A stretch of DNA of 64,000 nucleotides, taken from an uncultured Gemmatimonadales bacterium (GTDB lineage: Bacteria; Gemmatimonadota; Gemmatimonadetes; Gemmatimonadales; Gemmatimonadaceae). The position numbers and the translations under genes were made by a program. The notes under the pieces were generated by a model that was given only the letters and a program-made list of their open reading frames with translations, ran no database searches and was not told where the DNA came from. Shown one piece after another: positions 1-14,638 of this stretch (the first letter of the stretch is position 1; each line of letters opens with the position of its first letter). Location: positions 384,001-448,000 of the forward strand of contig OY969695.1 of assembly GCA_963701965.1 (NCBI GenBank). The letters run 5' to 3'.

Positions 1-1010
1 GCTGCGCCCGTTTGTAGTACGCGTCGTAGTATCCGGCCGACAGGACGTAGGTGCCGAGCAAGAATGCGGCGCGTCACTTCGGCGCCAAAGCCGTCCGACC
101 GCGTCGCCTCGTACATCGCGGTCAAGGCATCGCGGGAGACGCGGAGTCCGTATCGGACGCCGTCGAACCGGGCCAGGTTCGACGATGCTTCGGCGGGCGC
201 GATGATATAGTAGACGGGAATGGCCAGATCGGTGTGGGGCAACGACACGTCCTTGATCGTCGCGCCCGCGCGGCGGAATCCTTCCAGCACGGCGTCGCAA
301 CGCTCCCGGATCGCGGGGTCCAGCTGCGACGGGAAGTATTCGACCGGCCGGCCGATGGTCATCGACGACAGGGGCCGCGCCGCGGCGGCGCGGTAGTCGG
401 GCACCGGAACATCGACCAATGTGGCGTCCATGGGATCGCGCCCGGCAATGATCTGCAGGCCGAGCGCTGTCTCATCGACGCTTTTGGCCATCACGCCGAC
501 CTGGTCGAGCGACGAGGCGAAGGCGACGAGCCCGTAGCGGCTCACGCGGCCATAGGTCGGCTTGACGCCGACGATACCGCAAAAAGCGGCGGGCTGCCGC
601 ACGGACCCGCCGGTCTCCGAGCCCAGCGCGATCGGCGCCAACCCGGCTGCGACGGCGGCGGCCGATCCGCCCGACGACCCGCCGGGAACGCGCGTGGGGT
701 CGATCGGGTTGCGCGTGGGGCCGAACGCGCTGTTCTCCGTCGAGGATCCCATCGCGAACTCGTCCATGTTCGTCTTGCACGTGATGCGCGCGCCCGCCGC
801 CCGGAGCCGCGAGACGACCGTGGCTTCGTACGCGCTGACGTACCCCTCGAGAATGCGCGACCCGCAGGACGTCGGCATGCGCAGGGTCGCGATGTTGTCC
901 TTGATGGCCACGGGTACGTCGAGCAACGGTCCCGTGCGTACCGAGGCCTCGGCGTCGGGATCGGTGGCCAACACGATGTTCAACCCGCTCGGACCCGGGT
1001 CCATCGTCAT
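1..1010 (-). CDS. gatA: Asp-tRNA(Asn)/Glu-tRNA(Gln) amidotransferase subunit A (3' end runs off the window; apparent +1 frameshift near 61-63)
   Basis: Manual translation from ATG at 1010, which overlaps the gatC stop (ATGA): VPVAIKDNI, KTNMDEFAMGSSTENSAFGPTRNP, PGGSSGGSAAAVA, LGSETGGSVRQPAAFCG, EASSNLARFDGVRYG. After RRIL the conserved LGTYVLSAGYYDAYYKRAQ continues in a shifted frame. Confidence 0.95.
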   Translation of the reverse strand, partial: MTMDPGPSGLNIVLATDPDAEASVRTGPLLDVPVAIKDNIATLRMPTSCGSRILEGYVSAYEATVVSRLRAAGARITCKTNMDEFAMGSSTENSAFGPTRNPIDPTRVPGGSSGGSAAAVAAGLAPIALGSETGGSVRQPAAFCGIVGVKPTYGRVSRYGLVAFASSLDQVGVMAKSVDETALGLQIIAGRDPMDATLVDVPVPDYRAAAARPLSSMTIGRPVEYFPSQLDPAIRERCDAVLEGFRRAGATIKDVSLPHTDLAIPVYYIIAPAEASSNLARFDGVRYGLRVSRDALTAMYEATRSDGFGAEVTRRILARHLRPVGRILRRVLQTGA

Positions 1011-1306
1011 GCGTCGGCGTCCTCGTGCGTCGCCAACCGCGGCACGAGAAAGAACTTGTCGCGCATTTTGGGCGCGAACGCCTCGCGCGGTCGGGACAGG
1101 GGATACTGCTCGCCATCGTCGCCGCGGAGCGGCATGCCGCCGGACGCGCCGTCGACCGGCACTTGGCTGACGTCGACCCGCTGCAGCACGTCCATGTGGG
1201 CGAGGATCGCCGACAGCTCGGCCGCCAGGGCCGGCAGCCGCGGCTCGTCGACGCCCAGCCGGGCGAGCGCCGCGATATGCCGCACATCGTCGAACGTGAC
1301 CGCCAT
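1007..1306 (-). CDS. gatC: Asp-tRNA(Asn)/Glu-tRNA(Gln) amidotransferase subunit C
   Basis: 99 aa with VRHIAALARL...LSAILAHMDVLQRVD...LRGD...AP...FFLVPR; directly upstream of gatA. Confidence 0.93.
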   Translation of the reverse strand: MAVTFDDVRHIAALARLGVDEPRLPALAAELSAILAHMDVLQRVDVSQVPVDGASGGMPLRGDDGEQYPLSRPREAFAPKMRDKFFLVPRLATHEDADA

Positions 1307-4687
<3,381 letters not shown>

Positions 4688-4688
<1 letters not shown>

Positions 4689-5830
4689 CAGGGCAAAATA
4701 ATGTCGAACGTCGCTCCCCGTTCCGAGGCGACCAACACCAGGCGCCCGCCGTGGTTCTCCTCGATGATGCGCCGGGCCAGGGAAAGCCCTATGCCCCAGC
4801 CCCGCTGCTTGGTCGAGAACCCCGGCGCGAAGATCTGTTTCCGGATCTCCCGCGGAATCCCCGGCCCATCGTCGCCGACCCGGATGCGCACGCCGCCCTC
4901 GGGGAATGCCAATGTCGCGAGGTCGACCCGGCCGCCCCGTCCGCCCAACGCGTCGATCGCGTTCTTGACCAGCGCCTCGAGCGCCCATTCGAGCAACACC
5001 GGGTCACCCTCGACCTTGAGACCGGGCTCGTGCTCCACGCAGATCGTCACCGTGTGGGCCAGCGACGGCACGCGCGCCCGGAAGTATGCCGCGACCTGGT
5101 CGACCAGCTCGGCCGCTACCAACGGCACGGCGCGCGGCGGCCGTCCGATACGCTCGAAGCAATGGGCGACGCGCTCCAGGCGTTCGAGATCGCTCTGCAT
5201 GTGGTCGAGCACGGAGGACGGCCCGCCCTCCCGCTCGCGCAGCAACTCGACCCAGCCACTCAGGGACGACAGCGGCGTGCCGAGTTGATGCGCCGACTCG
5301 CGCGCCATGCCGGCCCAGACGCGTTCGCGGTCGGCATGCGCCCGCGTGCGCAGCGTGAAGATGCTGGCGGCGATGAGAAAGGCCAGTAGGATCAGCTGAA
5401 GAACCGGGATGACGCGGAGCCCCTCGACCAGCGGCGTATTCCCGAAATGCACGATGCCGATGCCCGGCTCGATCACCGGGGGATTCTGGGCGTCGAGCAG
5501 GCGCACGTACGCTTGCATGCGCGGCCCATCGAGCGGAGCCGTAAACGGAATGTTCGCCGTGTCCCGGGGGATCCCGTGAGGATCGGTGAAGATCACGGGC
5601 ACGCCCATCTCGCGGATGTGCCGCGCCAGGTCGAACAGGGCCTCGGCGTTCGCCCCTTCCGCGGGATCGCTCAGCGCCTTGAAGACGCGGGCGTACATCT
5701 GCCCCGCGCGCGAGGCTTCGCGCCGCAGCTCGGCGATCACGCGCTGCGTGTACACCACGTACCAGCCGAGGAGCACGGCGAACCCCGCGACCAGCAGGAT
5801 CGTGGGCAGGCGCCGTTTGATCGCGATCAT
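4688..5830 (-). CDS. Membrane sensor histidine kinase (2 TM, HisKA + HATPase)
   Basis: Two hydrophobic segments; H-box [11 protein letters not shown]-box [28 protein letters not shown]. Confidence 0.9.
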
Positions 5831-7107
5831 CCGATCCGTGCGACGCCGCCGAGGTAGGGGCGTAGGACGTCAGGGACCCGAACGCTGCCGTCCGGCTCCT
5901 GATAGTGCTCCAAGATCGCGGCGATCGTCCGCGGGAACGCGAGGCCCGAGCCGTTGAGGGTGTGCACGAACTCGGGCTTCTTCTGCCCTGGGCCCCGGTA
6001 GCGAATGTTGGCCCGGCGGGCCTGAAAGTCGGTGAACGTGCTGCAGGAGGACACCTCGAGCCACTTCCCGACGCCCGGCGCCCAGACTTCCAGATCGTAC
6101 GTCTTGGCGCTGGCGAACCCGGTATCGCCCGCCGCCAGAAGTACCACGCGATAGGGGAGCCCCAACTGTTGCAACACGGCCTCGGCGTGCGCGGTCAACC
6201 GCTCATGCTCGGCCGGCGAGTCCTCCGGCGCGGTCACGCGCACCAACTCCACCTTGTCGAACTGATGCACGCGCAAAAGCCCGCGCGTATCCTTCCCCGC
6301 CGCGCCGGCCTCGCGCCGAAAGCACGGCGTGTAGGCCACGACACCCAACGGTAGCGTCGCCCCATCCAGGATCTCGTCACGAAACAAGTTCGTGACGGGG
6401 ACTTCGGCGGTCGGGATCAGGAAGAGATCGTCGCTGGCGACGTGATAGAGATCGTCCGCGAACTTGGGGAGCTGGCCCGTCCCCGTCATCGTCTGACGGT
6501 TCACCACGAATGGGACCCAGACCTCTTCGTATCCGTGCGTGCCGGTGTGCAGATCGACCATCCAGGACATCAGCGCCCGCACGAGTCGTGCGCCAAGCCC
6601 CCGAAAGACCACGAACCCGGATCCGCTGATCTTGGCGCCGCTCTGGAGATCGAGCAGGCCGAGCGCCGTGCCGACGTCCCAGTGCGGCTTCACGCCATCG
6701 GTCGAACGCGGCGTCCCCCACGTCCGGACCACGCAGTTGGCGTCTTCGCCCCCCGCGGGGACTTCCGGGAGCGTGGCGTTCGGAACCTGTAACAGCAGCT
6801 CGTCCCGCTCGCGCTTCGCTTCGCTCGCGCTCGAGTCGAGCGCCGTGATCGCCGAGCCGACGTCGCGGCTTTTGGCGACCAGTGCCGAGGCGTCTTCGCC
6901 GGCCCGCTTGGCACGCTGCACCTGTTCGGTCAGCGCGTTGCGCTCGGCCTTGAGTGACTCGGCCTGCGCCACATCATGGCGCCAGGTCTCATCGATCTCG
7001 GCCACGCGCGCGAGCGTAGCGAGCGCGTCTTCGCCGGCCGCGCCGCGACGGCGCAACGCGTCGCGCAGCGCCTCGGGCCGCTCGCGGAGCACTCGCAGAT
7101 CGTGCAC
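5827..7107 (-). CDS. serS: Serine--tRNA ligase
   Basis: N-terminal coiled coil; GTGQLPKF, LIPTAEVP, CFRREAG, RVHQFDKVE, YDLEVW, EVSSCS, HTLNGSGLA. Confidence 0.97.
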   Translation of the reverse strand: MHDLRVLRERPEALRDALRRRGAAGEDALATLARVAEIDETWRHDVAQAESLKAERNALTEQVQRAKRAGEDASALVAKSRDVGSAITALDSSASEAKRERDELLLQVPNATLPEVPAGGEDANCVVRTWGTPRSTDGVKPHWDVGTALGLLDLQSGAKISGSGFVVFRGLGARLVRALMSWMVDLHTGTHGYEEVWVPFVVNRQTMTGTGQLPKFADDLYHVASDDLFLIPTAEVPVTNLFRDEILDGATLPLGVVAYTPCFRREAGAAGKDTRGLLRVHQFDKVELVRVTAPEDSPAEHERLTAHAEAVLQQLGLPYRVVLLAAGDTGFASAKTYDLEVWAPGVGKWLEVSSCSTFTDFQARRANIRYRGPGQKKPEFVHTLNGSGLAFPRTIAAILEHYQEPDGSVRVPDVLRPYLGGVARIG

Positions 7108-7113
7108 TGCCGC

Positions 7114-7707
7114 TCAGTGCGTGGGGATGATGCCGGGGACGAGCGTGTCGTAGTCGCAGTTCGGGTCGACGACGGCGCGGAAGAAAACGCGGCCGGTCGG
7201 CACGTCGACACTGTCGATGACGAACTTGCTGTACAACGCTTGTTGGGACGTGATCGACACTGCGACACAGGCCGTCCCATTCTGGGACACGACCTCGAAC
7301 ACCGTCCCGACCGACACCGTGTCCGGGTCATTGAAGTTATATCCGGAATGCTCCGCGATCGTGATCGACTCGAAGCTCTGGTCCATGTTCTGGATGCCCA
7401 CGATGCGCGGCGACCCGAGGACCGTGCCGATGAGCTTGGCCGGAAAGATGATCGGCCGGCCGGCCGGGTCCAGGTCGAACACGATGTCGAACGCCAACGT
7501 CCCGTCCGGCACGACCAGCAGGTTCGTCGCGAGATCGAACGCACTCGGCTGCTGGGCCAGGCTATGGTTGATCGAAAACGCGACCAGCGTGTCCGACGGA
7601 ATGGTGATCGTTGCCGCCGGCTTGGTAGGATCCCCGCACCCCAATGCGGCAATCACCACGGCGGACAGCAACAGGAACGCGGCGGGGAACGGACGGACGA
7701 ATGTCAT
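7114..7707 (-). CDS. Hypothetical lipoprotein
   Basis: Hydrophobic signal ending in lipobox ALG-C; beta-rich mature part; 6 nt upstream of serS; codon use looks coding. Confidence 0.7.
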   Translation of the reverse strand: MTFVRPFPAAFLLLSAVVIAALGCGDPTKPAATITIPSDTLVAFSINHSLAQQPSAFDLATNLLVVPDGTLAFDIVFDLDPAGRPIIFPAKLIGTVLGSPRIVGIQNMDQSFESITIAEHSGYNFNDPDTVSVGTVFEVVSQNGTACVAVSITSQQALYSKFVIDSVDVPTGRVFFRAVVDPNCDYDTLVPGIIPTH

Positions 7708-7765
7708 GGATGATGCACAATAGGTTAAGGGTACGCGCTACACTACTGCAAGCTGTTCGCATCGC

Positions 7766-7794
7766 TTGACTTCCCTCCTGTGCCCTCCTAGCTT
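7766..7794 (+). promoter_or_regulatory. Sigma70-like promoter TTGACT-N17-TAGCTT for the roadblock operon
   Basis: TTGACT 7766-7771, 17-nt spacer, TAGCTT 7789-7794; AGGAG RBS before ATG 7823. Confidence 0.6.
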
Positions 7795-7822
7795 CGCTCG
7801 TCCATTCCGCACGAGGAGATTC

Positions 7823-8176
7823 ATGCCCACCATCAGAGATTTGGTCGCGGCCATCCGCCAGCGGGACGGCGTCGACGCGGCCGTGGTGCTGGGCCGCGAC
7901 GGCTTGCTGATCGATAGCCAGGCGATCTCCAGCTTGGAGGCCGAGAACGTGGCCGCACACGTTCCCGCGGTTGTACACGCCGCCGATGAGTTTGGTGCCG
8001 CCGCCGACCGCGGATCGTTGGTGACCGCCGTGCTGGAGCACCCGAGCGGCCTGGCGATCATCTCCGTGCTGTCGTCGGACGCGATCCTGCTGGTGCTGGT
8101 CCAGGCAAAAGCCAACGTGGGTCAGCTGTTGTTCGAGCTGCGCCGGCACCGCGAACAAATCGCGTTGCTCGTCTAG
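7823..8176 (+). CDS. Roadblock/LC7 (MglB-like) domain protein
   Basis: MPTIRDLVAAIRQRDGVDAAVVLGRDGLLI...ANVGQLLFELRR is a typical roadblock pattern; AGGAG RBS. Confidence 0.85.
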   Translation: MPTIRDLVAAIRQRDGVDAAVVLGRDGLLIDSQAISSLEAENVAAHVPAVVHAADEFGAAADRGSLVTAVLEHPSGLAIISVLSSDAILLVLVQAKANVGQLLFELRRHREQIALLV

Positions 8177-8190
8177 TCGAGGCGGGGCCG

Positions 8191-8598
8191 ATGGACACGA
8201 TCCACGCCCTGGTCGCCGATGATGAGCCGCACATCGGCCGGATCATCAAGATGAAGCTCGAACAGGGTCCCTTTCGCGTGACGCTGGCCTACGACGGGCG
8301 CGAGGCACTCGAAGTCCTGCGCCGCGAGGCCGACATCCAGATCGTGCTGCTCGACCTCATGATGCCTCACCTGAGTGGCCTCGACGTCCTGGCCGCGATT
8401 CGCGCCGACCCGGCCCGGCGGGACATGCCGTGCATCATCCTGACCGCCGCCGGTCAAGAGCAGCAGCACCGCCTGGCCATGCGCCTGGGCGCCACGGAGT
8501 TTTTGACCAAGCCGTTCAGCCCAAAGAAGCTCTACGCGCGCACCGCGCAGCTCGCCGGCGTCGCCACCGAGGACGAATCCGGCGGGGAGGCCGGGTGA
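8191..8598 (+). CDS. Single-domain response regulator (receiver)
   Basis: LVADDE, LLDLMMPHLSG, IILTA, FLTKPFS; no output domain. Confidence 0.92.
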   Translation: MDTIHALVADDEPHIGRIIKMKLEQGPFRVTLAYDGREALEVLRREADIQIVLLDLMMPHLSGLDVLAAIRADPARRDMPCIILTAAGQEQQHRLAMRLGATEFLTKPFSPKKLYARTAQLAGVATEDESGGEAG

Positions 8599-9620
8599 CG
8601 ACCTGGGCGGTCGTGCTGGCCGGTGGCATCGGCTCGCGCTTTTGGCCGCTCAGCACGCCGGAGCGGCCCAAGCAGCTCCTTCCGCTCGTCACCACCGAGC
8701 CGCTGCTCGCCGATACGCTCGCGCGCCTCGCGCCCCTGGTGCCGCCGGAGCGCACCCTGGTGCTGACCAACGCCGGCATCCGCGACGAAGTGCTCCGCCT
8801 CTCCGGCCTGGCCGAAGCCAATGTCGTCGCCGAGCCGCGCCCCGCGGGAACGGCGGCCGCCCTGGCCTACGCGGCGGCCGAGATCGCCCGGCGCGACTCC
8901 CGCGACGCGGGCATGGTCTGCGTGCACGCGGACTGGGCGGTGACCGATGCCGCGGCATTCCGCGACGCGCTCTCCGCGGCCGTCACCGCCGCTGCGCGCC
9001 ATCGGAGCCTGGTCACCGTCGGCATTGTGCCCACGCGGCCCGATCCAGGGTTCGGGTACATCTGCCCCGGCGGCGAAGTCGAGCCCGGCGTCCTGCGCGT
9101 CGAGCGATTCGTGGAAAAGCCCGACCGGCTGCGCGCCGCCAAGATGTGCGCCGATGGCTATCTCTGGAACTCGGGCATCTTCGCCTGGCGCGTCGGCGAC
9201 TTTCTGGACGAGGTGCGGGAGCACGCGCCGGAAGTGGCCCCGGCGCTGGCGCACGCGGATCTCGCGCACTTTTTCGCCGCCGTGCTCAAGCCGGTGTCCG
9301 TCGACGTCGGCGTCCTGGAGCGCAGCAGTCGCGTGCTGGTGATTCCGGGGCGGTTCGGGTGGGACGACGTGGGGACCTGGGGCGCGCTGGCGCGCGTGCG
9401 GACGCCCGATGGCGACGGCAACGCGATCTACGGACCGGTATTCGCGCGCGATGCACGCGGCAACGTCGTCCACGCCGAGGCGAACACGGTCGTCCTCGAT
9501 GGCGTATCGGGACTGGTCGTCGTGACGTGCGACGGTGTCACCCTGGTCACCACGCTGGAGCGCTCGGCGGATCTCAAGGGACTGATCGAGTCGCTGCCGT
9601 CATCGATCCGCGACCGGTGA
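8595..9620 (+). CDS. manC: Mannose-1-phosphate guanylyltransferase (no PMI domain)
   Basis: GTG start overlapping the upstream stop; VLAGGIGSRFWPLS..RPKQLL, EP..GTAAA, FGYI, FVEKPD, WNSGIF, WDDVGTW. Confidence 0.88.
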   Translation: MTTWAVVLAGGIGSRFWPLSTPERPKQLLPLVTTEPLLADTLARLAPLVPPERTLVLTNAGIRDEVLRLSGLAEANVVAEPRPAGTAAALAYAAAEIARRDSRDAGMVCVHADWAVTDAAAFRDALSAAVTAAARHRSLVTVGIVPTRPDPGFGYICPGGEVEPGVLRVERFVEKPDRLRAAKMCADGYLWNSGIFAWRVGDFLDEVREHAPEVAPALAHADLAHFFAAVLKPVSVDVGVLERSSRVLVIPGRFGWDDVGTWGALARVRTPDGDGNAIYGPVFARDARGNVVHAEANTVVLDGVSGLVVVTCDGVTLVTTLERSADLKGLIESLPSSIRDR

Positions 9621-10807
9621 GCCTGTATCTCTACGACGATGCGCGGGCCCGGGCGTTCGAGCCGTTTGCGCTGACCCGGCCCGCCGGGGAGTTGCGCGCG
9701 GGGGCGCTCCTGACGCGCGAACGTTGGCAGATCGTCGTGAGCGAGGCCGCCGCGGGGCACATCGTCGCGCCGCACCTCGAGGCCTACGAGGAACCCGGCG
9801 CTCCGCCGGCCGCCGCCGGTGAGCTCCCTGCCGGCGCGATCGTCGCCAACTCCCGCTGCATCCCATCGCTGGGCGCGATCGATCGCGGCGCCACGGTCTG
9901 GCGTTGCGCCGGGCGCGTCGCGGCCGTGCGGCTCGGTCACGGGGTGACGCTGGAGTCGTTCGCCGACGGATCCCTGCCACTGGAAAAGGTCGCCGCCGAC
10001 GGCCAGGTGGCCGAGATACCGGGGCGCTGGATCGACGATGTCTGGGACTACATTCGCGATCTCCAGGCCCAGCTCGTCGAGGACATCACGGCGCTGGGGC
10101 CCACGCTGGCCGTCGGCGAGGCCCGCGGTGCGCACGCGCTGTACGTCGAGCGCGGCGCCACGATCGATCCCATGGTCTCGATCGACTGCGCCAACGGACC
10201 GGTGCTCGTCCGGCGCCACTCCGTGGTGCACGCGTTCACGCGCCTGATCGGACCGTGTTATGTCGGCGAGCACGCGACCGTCACCACGGATCGGATCGAG
10301 GGCAGCGCCATCGGCGACCATTGCAAGGTCCATGGTGAGCTGAGCGCCTCGATCGTGCTCGGCTACGCCAACAAGTCGCACGACGGATTCGTGGGGCACT
10401 CGTACCTCGGCCGGTGGGTCAACCTGGGCGCCGGGACGATCACGAGTAATCTCAAGAACACCTACGGCAGCGTCCAACTGTGGACGCCCGAAGGGGTCCG
10501 TGACACCGGCATGCGGTTTCTGGGCACGCTGTTCGGCGACTACGCCAAGACGGGCATCGGCACGCGCCTGACCACGGGCGCGGTAGTCGGGGCCGGCGCC
10601 AACGTGGTGGGGGGCGACATCAGCCCGAAATACGTGCCGCCGTTTGCCTGGGACCACACCAGGAAGGCCGCCACCTATGCCTTGATCAAGTTCTACGAGA
10701 CGGCGGAGCGGCAGATGTCGCGGCGGGCGGTGCCGTTGGGCGAGAATGCGAAGCGGCAGTTGGCCGCGGCGCACGCGCGGGCCGAGGCGGCAGGATCCAA
10801 GCTGTGA
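9617..10807 (+). CDS. GlmU-like putative sugar nucleotidyltransferase with hexapeptide-repeat domain
   Basis: GTG start (VSLYLYDD); FEPFALTRPAGELRAG; NKSHDGFVGHSYLGRWVNLGAGTITSNLKNTY. Confidence 0.82.
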   Translation: MSLYLYDDARARAFEPFALTRPAGELRAGALLTRERWQIVVSEAAAGHIVAPHLEAYEEPGAPPAAAGELPAGAIVANSRCIPSLGAIDRGATVWRCAGRVAAVRLGHGVTLESFADGSLPLEKVAADGQVAEIPGRWIDDVWDYIRDLQAQLVEDITALGPTLAVGEARGAHALYVERGATIDPMVSIDCANGPVLVRRHSVVHAFTRLIGPCYVGEHATVTTDRIEGSAIGDHCKVHGELSASIVLGYANKSHDGFVGHSYLGRWVNLGAGTITSNLKNTYGSVQLWTPEGVRDTGMRFLGTLFGDYAKTGIGTRLTTGAVVGAGANVVGGDISPKYVPPFAWDHTRKAATYALIKFYETAERQMSRRAVPLGENAKRQLAAAHARAEAAGSKL

Positions 10808-11574
10808 ATACGCGGTTGCTCGGCAGCGGGAGCGGCGGCAACGCCGTCCTCATCGAGTCCGGCGACACGCGCGTGCTGATCGACGCCGGGTTCCCCCGCC
10901 GCGTGCTGGCGCGGCGGCTGGAGCGCGCCGGCGTCGCGCCGGAGTCCATCGTCGCGGTGCTCGTGACCCACGAGCATGTCGATCACGCCCGCGGGGTCGC
11001 GGCGTGCGCGTCGCGGTGGGGATGGCGGGTCATAGGTACCGCGGGCACGCTGGCCGCGTGCGGCGACCTGCCGGAGGCCACCGTCATTGGCGCCGGGGAC
11101 ACCGTCTCGGTGGGGTCGTTCGACTTGAGCGCGGTGCCGGTGCCGCACGACGCCGCGGAGCCGATCGCCGTGGTGGCGACGGATCGAGCCAGCGGGGTCC
11201 GCGTGGGGATCGCCTACGATCTTGGCCGCGTCACCGACGCGGTGCGCGCCGCGTTCACGGACCTCGATACGGTCGTCGTCGAATCCAACCACGACGAAGG
11301 CCTGCTCCGTGCCAGCCCCTACCCGCCCTCGGTCATGTTCCGCATCGCCGGGCCGCGCGGGCATCTCAGCAATCGCGCCGCCGCCGAGCTCGTACGGGCC
11401 ATCGCGTGGCGGGGACTGCGGCATGTCGTGCTCGCGCACCTGAGCGAGACCTGCAACGATCCCGCGCTGGCGGTCACCGCTATGCGCGCCGTCTGGCGTG
11501 GGCCGCTGGTCGCGGCCACGCAGGACGGGCTGTGCGCCATTGGCGCGCCGGACCAACTGTCGCTGGGCCTATAA
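10804..11574 (+). CDS. MBL-fold metallo-hydrolase (YycJ/WalJ-like)
   Basis: LGSGSGGNA, LIDAG, THEHVDH, PHDA, ESNHD, GHLSN, LAHLSETCN. Confidence 0.88.
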   Translation: MNTRLLGSGSGGNAVLIESGDTRVLIDAGFPRRVLARRLERAGVAPESIVAVLVTHEHVDHARGVAACASRWGWRVIGTAGTLAACGDLPEATVIGAGDTVSVGSFDLSAVPVPHDAAEPIAVVATDRASGVRVGIAYDLGRVTDAVRAAFTDLDTVVVESNHDEGLLRASPYPPSVMFRIAGPRGHLSNRAAAELVRAIAWRGLRHVVLAHLSETCNDPALAVTAMRAVWRGPLVAATQDGLCAIGAPDQLSLGL

Positions 11575-11606
11575 AAAGAAAACGGGGGTCGATTGCTCGA
11601 CCCCCG
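11572..11606 (-). terminator. Rho-independent terminator of groES-groEL
   Basis: Perfect 10-bp stem CGGGGGTCGA/TCGACCCCCG (11583-11592, 11597-11606) with 4-nt loop, followed on the minus strand by TTTTCTTTTT. Confidence 0.85.
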
Positions 11607-11626
11607 CCTCTTGTGCGCCGGGCAGG

Positions 11627-11819
11627 CGTTGGCGCCGAACAGACGCCAACGCTTCAAACCGATCATGTACTCGAGCCGCGAAGCAGCTCTTGCCGTTGGC
11701 GTCGACAGACGCCAACGCTTCAAACCGACATGTACTGGACCTGCGAAGCAGCTCTTGCCGTTGGCGTCGACAGACGCCAACGCTTCAAACCGACATGTAC
11801 TGGAGCTGCGTAGCAGCTC

Positions 11820-11820
<1 letters not shown>
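11627..11820. repeat. Three tandem ~65-bp units, each with two hairpins (REP/BIME-like)
   Basis: Units start at 11627, 11694 and 11759. Each has CGTTGGCGTC-gaca-GACGCCAACG, a conserved linker cttcaaaccgacatgtact, and a GAGCTGC-N3-GCAGCTC-type hairpin. Confidence 0.9.
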
Positions 11821-13460
<1,640 letters not shown>

Positions 13461-13467
13461 TTAGTCC

Positions 13468-13776
13468 TCAGCCGATGACCGCGAGCACATCAGACTCGCG
13501 AAGAATGAGCAGTTGCTCGTTGTCGACGGTCACTTCCGTGCCGCTGTACTTCCCGTAGAGCACCTTGTCGCCGACTTTGACTTCCATCGGCACCCGCTTG
13601 CCATCGTCAAAGCGGCCCGGCCCGACGGCCACGATCTCACCCTGCTGCGGCTTTTCCTTGGCGGTATCGGGGATATAGAGCCCACCCCGCATCTGTTCCG
13701 CCTCTTCCAACGCCTTCACGACTACGCGGTCAGCCAGCGGGCTGACCTTCGCGCCCACGGCACCCTTAGCGGCCAT
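13468..13776 (-). CDS. groS: Co-chaperonin GroES
   Basis: [50 protein letters not shown] before ATG 13776. Confidence 0.98.
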   Translation of the reverse strand: MAAKGAVGAKVSPLADRVVVKALEEAEQMRGGLYIPDTAKEKPQQGEIVAVGPGRFDDGKRVPMEVKVGDKVLYGKYSGTEVTVDNEQLLILRESDVLAVIG

Positions 13777-13805
13777 ACGTACTCCTCCCATTGTACCGGT
13801 GTTGA

Positions 13806-13832
13806 TTAGCACTCTCTACAGGTGAGTGCTAA
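13806..13832. promoter_or_regulatory. CIRCE element (HrcA operator)
   Basis: Exact consensus TTAGCACTC-N9-GAGTGCTAA upstream of groES. Confidence 0.97.
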
Positions 13833-13841
13833 CAGAACATG

Positions 13842-13871
13842 AAGCTACCCGGCCACGCTGCCGGGAGTCAA
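13842..13871 (-). promoter_or_regulatory. Sigma70-like promoter TTGACT-N18-TAGCTT for groESL
   Basis: Minus strand TTGACT 13871-13866 and TAGCTT 13847-13842, just upstream of CIRCE. Confidence 0.55.
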
Positions 13872-14638
13872 GTCAAAAGCTCGTAGGCGATCCGGAGCCC
13901 TTCGAGCGTCAGATAGGGCGCCACCAGATCGAAGCTCTGACAATAGGGCTTGAGCACCTCGGCGAGTCCGCCGGTGGCCACGACATACGGCACCGCCGCG
14001 TTTGGCCACTCGCGCTTGATGCGCCGGACCATGCCGTCGATCGCGTCCGCCGCCCCGAACACTACCCCCGCCCGGATACACTCCTCGGTGCGGGTCCCGA
14101 TCACCCGCGACGGCGCAATGAGCTCCGTGGCCGGCAGCTTCGCCGTCCGCCGGACCAAACTGTCCGCGGCCGTCCGCACGCCCGGCGCGATGGCGCCGCC
14201 GAGGAACGTGCCGTCCGCCGTGATGCAGTCGAACGTCGTGGCCGTCCCCAAGTCCACCACGATCGTGTCCCGCCCATAGAGGCGGCTCGCCGCCAGTGTA
14301 TTGATGAGCCGGTCGGCCCCGACGGTGAGCGGCTCGTCGACTTTGAGCTGGATGGGGAGCTTCAATGTGGCGTCGACGATCTTGGCCGCGCGTCCAAAGC
14401 TGAGTCGGCAGGCCTCGGCGAGCGGCCGGGTCACCGCGGGCACCACGGATCCGACCGCGCTCCCCACGACATCGGCCGGTGCCACTTTCCCCAGCTGCAA
14501 CAGTTCGTGAATGAGCAGGACCAACTCATCTGGCGTGCGCTCGGGAATCGTCGTCAGCCGCCAATGCGATTGCAGCATGGCCCCGGCCCACAACCCGACG
14601 GTGGTCTCCGTGTTCCCGACATCGAAGACGAGGATCAC
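13868..14638 (-). CDS. coaX: Type III pantothenate kinase
   Basis: GTG start; ILVFDVGNTET, VGADRL, VVDLGTATTFD, GGAIAPG, VATGGLA, LTLEGL. Confidence 0.93.
   Translation of the reverse strand: MILVFDVGNTETTVGLWAGAMLQSHWRLTTIPERTPDELVLLIHELLQLGKVAPADVVGSAVGSVVPAVTRPLAEACRLSFGRAAKIVDATLKLPIQLKVDEPLTVGADRLINTLAASRLYGRDTIVVDLGTATTFDCITADGTFLGGAIAPGVRTAADSLVRRTAKLPATELIAPSRVIGTRTEECIRAGVVFGAADAIDGMVRRIKREWPNAAVPYVVATGGLAEVLKPYCQSFDLVAPYLTLEGLRIAYELLT

Noticed and set aside
8642..10807. 721-aa ManC-GlmU fusion
   Set aside because: The upstream part is an off-frame reading of manC; the GlmU-like gene starts at GTG 9617, overlapping the manC stop.
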